Below are positions 57,244-64,000 of a DNA stretch of 64,000 nucleotides, one piece after another. Within the stretch, counting starts at the first letter, position 1; each line of letters starts with the position of its first letter. A program made the position numbers and the translations under genes. The notes beneath the pieces were generated by a model. It had not been told where the DNA came from and made no database searches. It saw nothing but the letters and a program-made list of their open reading frames with translations. The DNA is from an uncultured bacterium (GTDB taxonomy: Bacteria > Acidobacteriota > Aminicenantia > Aminicenantales > UBA4085), in NCBI GenBank assembly GCA_937868205.1, contig CALMMC010000091.1, positions 2,047-66,046 of the forward strand. The letters are read 5' to 3'.

Positions 57244-58043
57244 CGGATCTTCTTCTCGCCCGCGATGGTCCAACTGTACTGATGACGATGATAGTGCTCG
57301 ATTCCGGAAAACCCTGCTTTTTTCATTGATTGCTCGATTCCGCCGCGGCTGTCGTACCGGGCATACGAGGGATTGAGCTGGTCGAAGATCACCAAGAAAC
57401 GGTTCCGCCGGTTCAAGGGGGTGATGACCTTGACCATGTATTCGCGGAAAGGCAAGGGCAGACGCCGGCACAAAAAAGCATATCCGCCGAGGAAAAAATT
57501 TAAAAAGCGGGAAAGGACGGCCAGGGCGCCGTCGGGCATCCGGCTCGTCAGCTTCCGCGACAGCCGAAGGAGCGATAAAAAAAGGCGGCGGCCTTCGTTC
57601 CCGTAGACCCAAACCAGAAATTTCCCTCCCGGCTTCAGGCAATCGAACGCCCGGGCGATGACCGGCTCGGGATCGGGGATATGATGCAGCACGCCGATCG
57701 AGAAGCAATAATCGACGCTGAGGCCGGAAATCTCCTCCCCCTTCATCTTCAGGCAGGTGATCCTGTCTTTCCAGGGACGCGTGTTCCGGAGCAATTGTTC
57801 GAAAGCCTCCGACGGCTCGATGGCGATGACTTGTTCCGCTCCCGCAGCCAGGAGCATTCCGGCGATCCGCCCGCTTCCGCTCCCGATATCGAGCACGCGC
57901 TTCCCGCGGATCTCGGCCGCGTCCAGGAGCGGGCCGCAAAGATCCCTCAAGTATTCGACGGAGGCATAATAACCTTCGTTGTCGGGATAGCGCGCCCATT
58001 GCCTTCCGAAATCCCTGATCGTCCGGCCGCTTCGGTCCGTCAT
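57240..58043 (-). CDS. class I SAM-dependent methyltransferase
   Basis: Trimmed to MTDRSGRTIRDFG (ATGA overlap with asnB). Contains VLDIGSGSGRIA and LKPGGKFLVWVY. Confidence 0.75.
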   Translation of the reverse strand: MTDRSGRTIRDFGRQWARYPDNEGYYASVEYLRDLCGPLLDAAEIRGKRVLDIGSGSGRIAGMLLAAGAEQVIAIEPSEAFEQLLRNTRPWKDRITCLKMKGEEISGLSVDYCFSIGVLHHIPDPEPVIARAFDCLKPGGKFLVWVYGNEGRRLFLSLLRLSRKLTSRMPDGALAVLSRFLNFFLGGYAFLCRRLPLPFREYMVKVITPLNRRNRFLVIFDQLNPSYARYDSRGGIEQSMKKAGFSGIEHYHRHQYSWTIAGEKKIR

Positions 58044-59935
58044 CTGACCGCCCGGAATTCCTTCCACCACAACGCGAACGTGAGCAGACCCCAAATCCGG
58101 TGACTGTTCTCGGCCCGGCCGGAAAAATGATCGCGCAAGACCTTTTCCACGGCCGGCGGATGCAGGATTCCCGTCTCCTTCATCTCCGCCGGGGAAAGAC
58201 AATCCTCGACAAAGGCCTTCATTTCCCCCTTGATCCACCGGGCATTGGGAATATTGAAGCCGGCTTTCCGGCGCCGGACGATCCGCGGCGGCAGCCGGCC
58301 GGCCATCGACCTCCTCAAGAGATACTTCCTTTGGAACAATCGTCTCAGCTTCAACCTCGGCGGAAGCGCGGCCGCGAATTCGACCAGGCGGACGTCGAGG
58401 TAGGGGGTGCGCGCTTCCAAGCCATGGGCCATGCACATGCGGTCCGCCTTGACCAGCATATCGTTGGGCAGGTAAAAACGGGTGTCGACATAGAGCATGC
58501 GATTCAAGGGATGCCGGGCGCCGGCCTGTTGAAAATAGCGGCGATAAAGCTCCAAATAATCGGCCCCGGCGGCGGGATCGGCCGTCGGCCGGAGCAGATC
58601 CCGTCTTTCGTCCGGGGTGAAAATCATCCGCCACGCGCCGTGGGCGGCCTCGCCCTCCGTCTCGGCGCCGGCGGCAAAGCGCCTCAGCCGGGATTCGACG
58701 CTTTCTTTCCTTTCCGACACCGGCCAGGCGGCGCAGGCGAGCCGCAGAATCCCCCGGCGCAGAAAAGCGGGAAGGATCCGGTATGCCCGGCGCGCATAAT
58801 AAGCTTGGTAGGTTTCATAACCGGCCAGGATTTCATCCGCCCCTTCGCCGCTCAGGACGGCGGGGACAAGGCGGCCGGCCGTCTGGGCCAGAAAGTACAC
58901 GGCCACCATGGAGGAATCGGCCGTCGGCTCTTCCGCGTGCCGGACGATTTCGGGAAGAATCGCCGCCGCCTCGGCCCCGATGATCCGTTCGATGTGTTCG
59001 GTCCCGAGCCGGCCGGCCGTCGACCGGGCATAAGACAATTCGTCGAAGCTCCGCTCGGGGAACCCGACGGTGAACGTCCGAAGAGGTCCGCGGCCGAGGC
59101 GCCGCATCCAGTAGACCAGCGCGCTCGAATCGATCCCGCCGCTTAAAAACGCGCCCGGCTGGATGTCCCCCCTCAGGCGCAGGCGGACGGCGTCCGCGAG
59201 CAGGGCCTCGAATTCCTCCAGATAATCGTCTTCCCTTCGGGAATCGCCCCCTTCCTGAAAGCGAAGGTCCCAGTATTCGCACTCCTCCGGAACGCCCGAG
59301 GCGCCGGCCAGCAGGTAATGGCCGGGCCGAACCTGGCCGATCTCCCGGCAAAGCGTCCGCGGCGCGGGGGTGTAATTCAGACCGAGAAAATAGGCCAGCG
59401 CCGGGACATCGACGTTCCGCTGGACGGCCGGATGGGCCAGGAGGGCTTTGATTTCCGACCCGAACAGGAACGCGTTCGGCAAGCGGGCGTAGAAGAGGGG
59501 CTTGACGCCGAGCCGGTCCCGGACCAGCCAGAGCCGCCGGAGACGATCGTCCCACAAGCCGAAAGCAAAAACGCCGTTGAATTTCCGCAAGCACTCCGGG
59601 CCCCATTCCTCATAGGCATGGATGATGATTTCGGCGTCCGCTTGGGAACGAAAGACATGCCCCCGCTCCCGCAATTCGCCGCGGATTTCCCGGTCGTTGT
59701 AGATCGCGGCGTCGGCGGTGATCCACACGGACCGGTCTTCATTGCTCAAGGGCTGCCCCCCGGCTTCTTCGCCGGCGGCGGCCGTCCGCCGCCGGTGGCC
59801 CAGGCCGACGGGGCCGGCGATCCGGATTCCTTCCCCGTCCGGCCCGCGGTGGACCAGCGTCCGGATCATCCGTTCGAGAATCGACGGCGACGGCTCCGCC
59901 CCGTCCAGATGGAGGAGGCCGGCGATTCCGCTCAT
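58040..59935 (-). CDS. asnB: asparagine synthase (glutamine-hydrolysing) family amidotransferase
   Basis: MSGIAG (the N-terminal Cys nucleophile context is MCGI in canonical enzymes; Ser is present here). Contains HRGPDGEG, the PP-loop SGGIDSS and a C-terminal synthetase domain. Confidence 0.85.
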   Translation of the reverse strand: MSGIAGLLHLDGAEPSPSILERMIRTLVHRGPDGEGIRIAGPVGLGHRRRTAAAGEEAGGQPLSNEDRSVWITADAAIYNDREIRGELRERGHVFRSQADAEIIIHAYEEWGPECLRKFNGVFAFGLWDDRLRRLWLVRDRLGVKPLFYARLPNAFLFGSEIKALLAHPAVQRNVDVPALAYFLGLNYTPAPRTLCREIGQVRPGHYLLAGASGVPEECEYWDLRFQEGGDSRREDDYLEEFEALLADAVRLRLRGDIQPGAFLSGGIDSSALVYWMRRLGRGPLRTFTVGFPERSFDELSYARSTAGRLGTEHIERIIGAEAAAILPEIVRHAEEPTADSSMVAVYFLAQTAGRLVPAVLSGEGADEILAGYETYQAYYARRAYRILPAFLRRGILRLACAAWPVSERKESVESRLRRFAAGAETEGEAAHGAWRMIFTPDERRDLLRPTADPAAGADYLELYRRYFQQAGARHPLNRMLYVDTRFYLPNDMLVKADRMCMAHGLEARTPYLDVRLVEFAAALPPRLKLRRLFQRKYLLRRSMAGRLPPRIVRRRKAGFNIPNARWIKGEMKAFVEDCLSPAEMKETGILHPPAVEKVLRDHFSGRAENSHRIWGLLTFALWWKEFRAVR

Positions 59936-59938
59936 CTC

Positions 59939-60789
59939 TTACAACTTCTCCAGCCGCATCTGTGAAATCTGATCGCTGATCAAGCCGATGGCGAAGAGGA
60001 GCAGGGCCGTTACGATCGCCAGCAGGGAACCGATGCTGATCCCATGGCCGGCCAAGAAATAAGGAATGCCCCATAAAACGCCGATAAGCCCGAGGCCCGC
60101 GCTGAGCGGCAGGAAGAGGCGCAGGGGGTTGATCAAAGTGGCGAGCCTCAAAACGAGCAAAAGAGTTTCGAATCCGGTGGCCGGGGACACCCGGCTTTTT
60201 CCCCGCCGCTTCCCGACCTCGATCGGCACGTAAGCGACTTCGCAGCCTTGTTGGATGAGAATCAGGGTGATGGTCGTGGAAAAGGAAAAGCCCTTCGGGC
60301 ACAGGCTCATGTAACGGGCGGCGAGCGGACGCTTGATGAGCCGCAGGCCCGAATTCAGATCGGGGATGCGCCGGCGAACCAGATAGCCCGCCATCCAGGA
60401 CAACAGCCATTTCCCCGGCATCGCCATAACGGGCTGTGGATCAGCCGAAGGCGTTTCCCGACGACCATGTCGTTCGGACCGGCCGCCTCCCAGAGCTTGC
60501 GCGCTTCCGCGGCCCGGTGCTGCCCGTCGGCGTCCATGAACAGCACCCAGTCCCCGCGGGCGCGGCTGATGCCGGATTTCAAGGAGGCCCCGTAACCCAA
60601 GTTTCGAGGGTGCCGGACGACCGCGGACCCGGCGTTTTCGGCCTCGGCCGCAGTCTGATCCGTCGAGCCGTCATCGACGGCGATGATCTCGATTTCCTCC
60701 GCGGCGAAATGGGCCTGGATATCGCGGACCACGGCGGCGATGGACTCGGCCTCGTTATAGGCGGGAATAATGAAGGACAGCGACGGCAT
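59939..60789 (-). pseudogene. GT2 polyprenyl-phosphate glycosyltransferase (GtrB/DPM1-like) interrupted by a 1-nt frameshift near 60419-60423
   Basis: ORF 60355..60789 carries SFIIPAYNEAESI, IAVDDGSTD, FMDADGQH and MVVGKR...SPLWR. ORF 59939..60427, in another frame, continues MPGKWLLSWMAGYLVRRRIPDLNSGLR plus two TM helices. Together they form one normal GT2. Confidence 0.7.
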
Positions 60790-62544
60790 TTAACGATCCT
60801 CCCCGCCGGCGGTTTTGAATATCGAAGAATCCGGATTGGAATAGATGTTGAGCCATCCGTCCGGATAGCGGGTCGCCGAATCGAACGCCTCCGGCACGAT
60901 CAAATAATCCGCCCGGATTTCCCGGGCATATGCCGCCAAGGCCTCGAGGTACAAACCGCGATCCTTGATCCTTCTCACGCGGGCGAATCCTTGCCATCGG
61001 CGCCACCAGGTCAAAAGCTCCTCATGATTGGCGTAGCTCAAGGCCCCGCCGTCCTTATGGGCGAACGCCAGCGGGCGAAGCGAAAAATATCGAACGGCGA
61101 GATCCTCAACTCGTGAGCACAGGATGCGCGAGCCAGGGGGAGTGAGGGAGCGGAGAGCCTGGAGCAGGCCGATCCGGCGGTCCAGGCGGTCCTCATCGGG
61201 GAAAGGGCCGATGATCCGGCCGGACTCCAGGCAGCGCGCGGTCTGCCGGAACTCGGGGTTTTCGATGAGCCGGCAGCGGGCCATCCAGGCCAGCATCACT
61301 CCGGCGGCCAGCAAAACGGCTCCCGCCCTGAGCCAAGGCCGGAGACGCGCGCGCTTGATGTCCGCCGCGGCCGTTCTCATCGCGGCGAACAGGAAAAACG
61401 CCGTGAGCAGCAACAACGGAAAGAGATATCTCAGGCTCCGGATCAGATCGATCTCTAAAGGCGTTCTGTTGAGGCTGGTCGAGAGGACATGGTCCGCCGC
61501 CGGAATCAAGACGCCGACGGCGATGATCGCCGCCCACCAAGCGGCCATCACCCGGGGAAGGGGGCTCCGGATCCGGTTCCGGCGAAGGGCCAGGGCGATT
61601 CCTCCGGCGGCGGCCAGGATCCACAATCCCAGATTCAGCCCGTGGGAAAAAACCGCGTCCCCGGCGATTTTCCTCAATCCGGATCCGATGTCCATGTAAC
61701 CGGCGGCGAAGCGCTTTTCCATGATCATGCGGACCGCTTCCTGGTTCCCTCCGCTCGAAGAGCCGAAATCCGTGGCGGCCAGATAATGAACGGCGAACGG
61801 GGCGGCGATCAAGATCATCATGAACACGGCCCCGAGCCAGGGCCGGATCTTCGATCGCGCCGGGATTTCCGGAGTGTAGACCCAGAGGCTCAAGGCGAGC
61901 GCCGATCCCCAGGCCGGAAAGCTGACCGGATGGACATAGACGAGCGCGCCCACTCCGCCCATGATCCAGGGCCAGGATTTCGGATTCCGGCCCCGCTTGA
62001 TGAAGGCGGCCAAAACAAAAGGCAGAAGCGCTTGGAAGAGAAAGCGGGGAACGACATCGCGCATGAATCCCCACTCGACCAGGCTGATCTTGATCGGGAC
62101 CGCGGCGGCCAAGGTGAAAAACAAGGCGATCGCCTTGTTTTGGAACGCCGCCTTCCCTAAAACATAGTATCCGACAAGATGCAGAAGCGTCGTCGGAAGC
62201 AGCAACAGCGCGAAGGCGGAGCCGTAATCTCCGAACACGCGGGACAAGAGCCGGATCAAGGGAATGTGAAGCGTCCGGTAAAAGGCGATATTTTTCGGAT
62301 CCTTCAAAAGGGCGTCGTCAGCGAACAGCGCGGGATGATCGCGGGCCGCGGCGAAAGACGCGATATTGGCCGCGTCGCTGCCCAACAGGGGGAATTCCCG
62401 GAGATGAGTCCCGATCCGTCCCAGCGTAAAAGCCGAGGCGACAAGAAAGAACAAGACCAAAAGCGACAAATTAACGGACGCTCGACCCCAACGTCTTTTT
62501 CCCATGCCGCTATTCTTGAAGAATCGCCGGGGCTTGTCAATCAA
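60790..62544 (-). CDS. large polytopic membrane protein with C-terminal soluble domain (GT-C-like candidate)
   Basis: 584 aa. More than 10 hydrophobic helices over the first ~430 aa, then a soluble ~150-aa tail. Its stop codon directly abuts the GT2 start (60789/60790). No family recognised by eye. Confidence 0.7.
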   Translation of the reverse strand: MIDKPRRFFKNSGMGKRRWGRASVNLSLLVLFFLVASAFTLGRIGTHLREFPLLGSDAANIASFAAARDHPALFADDALLKDPKNIAFYRTLHIPLIRLLSRVFGDYGSAFALLLLPTTLLHLVGYYVLGKAAFQNKAIALFFTLAAAVPIKISLVEWGFMRDVVPRFLFQALLPFVLAAFIKRGRNPKSWPWIMGGVGALVYVHPVSFPAWGSALALSLWVYTPEIPARSKIRPWLGAVFMMILIAAPFAVHYLAATDFGSSSGGNQEAVRMIMEKRFAAGYMDIGSGLRKIAGDAVFSHGLNLGLWILAAAGGIALALRRNRIRSPLPRVMAAWWAAIIAVGVLIPAADHVLSTSLNRTPLEIDLIRSLRYLFPLLLLTAFFLFAAMRTAAADIKRARLRPWLRAGAVLLAAGVMLAWMARCRLIENPEFRQTARCLESGRIIGPFPDEDRLDRRIGLLQALRSLTPPGSRILCSRVEDLAVRYFSLRPLAFAHKDGGALSYANHEELLTWWRRWQGFARVRRIKDRGLYLEALAAYAREIRADYLIVPEAFDSATRYPDGWLNIYSNPDSSIFKTAGGEDR

Positions 62545-62704
62545 GCGCCGCCGCCCTGCTCCGCGGCTTCCCTTTTGTCGGGTTCCCGCAGGGGCGGCTT
62601 CATCGGCGGCGTTGCCTCCCGTCTCGGCGGCGACGAGGGACGGCGCTCCCCGCCGCCGGGTCGTCCGCCGCTCGAAAACCGGGGGGGCGCCGCTTCAGCC
62701 CCGC

Positions 62705-64000
62705 TCAAACGCCGGAAACAACGACTTTTTCGAAGACCAGGCTCGGGATCCTCCGCGCGGAGTAGAGATAGGGATCGTCTCCGACTTCGACGAGCCGCGG
62801 CCAGAGCTTGAGGTGGTTGTCGGCGATGTTCATCTCCGTCACGGCTTGGACCGGAACGCCGTTTTCGAACAGTTGTCCGACGATCCCGATCGAGGTGTCG
62901 CCCGTCGTGGAGTTCGAGTTCCCGCCGATGAATCCCGTGATGAGAATGCCCCGGCCGAGATCCTTCATGATCTCCGTCACCGGGCGCTTCCCGGGCGGAA
63001 CGAGGAGCGTCGCCGGGTACCCCGTCGTCGGTTCGCAACCCAGCTTCCGGCTATAATACCAATCCACGTAGAAGTCCTTAAGGACTCCCCCCTCGATCAT
63101 GACCCGCTTGCGGGCCGCCAGGCCCTCGCCGTCGAAGAGCCGGGCTCCCTGCGCCCCCTTGATGAAGGGATCGTCGATCAACGTGAAGATGCCGCTTCCG
63201 ATCTTCTGTCCTCTTTTGTCGGCCAGGAAGCTCTGCTTCTGCTGGATGGCCCGGCCGAACATGGCCTGCATGAGACCGTCGCCGAAGCGGGACACGATCC
63301 GGTTCTCGATGATGACCGGGAGGGTTTCCGTCTTGAGTTTTTTCGCTCCGAACAACGCCAGGGTCCGGCGGGCGGCCTCGGCCCCGATCTCCTCGGGCTT
63401 GGGGAGGTCTTTGCGCCGCAGGGTCACGGCGGCGGCGTACTCGTTGGGCCGCCGGTCGCCCTCGTCCTTGCCGGTCATCTCGGCGACGGCGACGAAATAC
63501 GTGACTTCCGAATAGCCGTCGAAGCCGTTGCTGGCCATCAGGAGGGATTCGCCGTAGCCGTCGGTCGACGCGGCCGTGACCGAGATGACCTTGTCGCCGC
63601 CCGCATCCAGGCAGGCCTCCTCGATCGCCCGGACGAAAGCGTGCCGCCCGTCGGGAGTCAGGGAGGCATAGGAAGGATCAACCTGCCCCAGGTCGAGGCT
63701 CGCCCGGCCTTGGTAATATTTCGGGTCGGGCAGGCTTCGGAAGGGATCCTCGTCCAGGAGCCGAGTCTGGGCGACGGCCCGGCCGATGAACTCCTTGAGA
63801 GCGTCCTTCCGCAGGTCGGACGTGCTCATGCTGGAGTACCGGCCGTCGACGAAGATCTCAAGCCCTAAATTCCTGGTCGAGGCCTCCTTGATATTCTCAG
63901 GCTTGCGGTCCCGGTAGCTGATCTCGACCGTCCGCTCGCCGTCGATCCCGATCCGGCAGGCGCCGGCGCCGGCCGCCTTGGCCATCCCGATCCCGGACTC
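62705..64000 (-). CDS. PmbA/TldD-family metalloprotease, 5' end outside window
   Basis: C-terminal GNSNSTTGDTSIGIVGQLFENG and ADNHLKLW are typical of the PmbA/TldD family. The reading frame stays open to the window edge upstream of the Met at 63985. Confidence 0.85.
   Translation of the reverse strand, partial: ESGIGMAKAAGAGACRIGIDGERTVEISYRDRKPENIKEASTRNLGLEIFVDGRYSSMSTSDLRKDALKEFIGRAVAQTRLLDEDPFRSLPDPKYYQGRASLDLGQVDPSYASLTPDGRHAFVRAIEEACLDAGGDKVISVTAASTDGYGESLLMASNGFDGYSEVTYFVAVAEMTGKDEGDRRPNEYAAAVTLRRKDLPKPEEIGAEAARRTLALFGAKKLKTETLPVIIENRIVSRFGDGLMQAMFGRAIQQKQSFLADKRGQKIGSGIFTLIDDPFIKGAQGARLFDGEGLAARKRVMIEGGVLKDFYVDWYYSRKLGCEPTTGYPATLLVPPGKRPVTEIMKDLGRGILITGFIGGNSNSTTGDTSIGIVGQLFENGVPVQAVTEMNIADNHLKLWPRLVEVGDDPYLYSARRIPSLVFEKVVVSGV

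Overview
GC-rich chromosomal segment, apparently from a diderm (Gram-negative-type) bacterium. The lineage is not identifiable by eye and no taxon is claimed. About 55 genes are supportable. Many long Arg/Pro/Gly-rich ORFs in the track are antisense or out-of-frame shadows of real genes and were discarded. Several track ORFs were trimmed to internal starts that have an RBS or a 4-nt ATGA/GTGA overlap with the upstream gene.

Housekeeping genes: pstB 3' end, aspS, hisS, accA, accD, folC, mfd, and an F1Fo operon atpF'-F-H-A-G-D-C that lacks the a and c subunit genes.

Envelope functions: a TonB-dependent receptor, NagZ, two small beta-barrel OMPs, two tandem parvulin/SurA-like PPIases, an EnvC-like/S41-like/YibQ-like trio, and a PmbA/TldD-type gene at the right edge.

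Two glycan clusters flank the atp/folC/accD block:
- 36.7-44.6 kb: heptose-1-P adenylyltransferase, Wzm/Wzt ABC exporter, NPPY methyltransferase, GT4, a coiled-coil protein and a GT4-GT9 fusion.
- 53.5-62.5 kb: GT2, GT4, epimerase, two SAM methyltransferases, AsnB-like amidotransferase, a frameshifted GT2 and a large polytopic membrane protein.

One intact IS630-family element lies at 14131-15248. No rRNA, tRNA or CRISPR array was seen by eye.

Most notable observations:
1. An AT-rich-flanked, densely self-complementary ~225-nt GC-rich element sits between atpC and the glycan operon. It may be a long structured leader or an ncRNA.
2. A spermidine-synthase protein carries two tandem AdoMetDC-like domains.
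3. Consecutive predicted pseudoenzymes: a degenerate LytM (EnvC-like) followed by an S41 homolog lacking the Ser/Lys dyad.
4. A kinase-like domain is fused to a large polytopic membrane domain.
5. A MITE-like inverted-repeat element, part of which recurs upstream of another promoter.
6. The M28 peptidase gene is bracketed by diverged direct repeats of the aspS 5' region.

All calls come from reading the sequence and recalling family motifs. No searches or folding computations were run.
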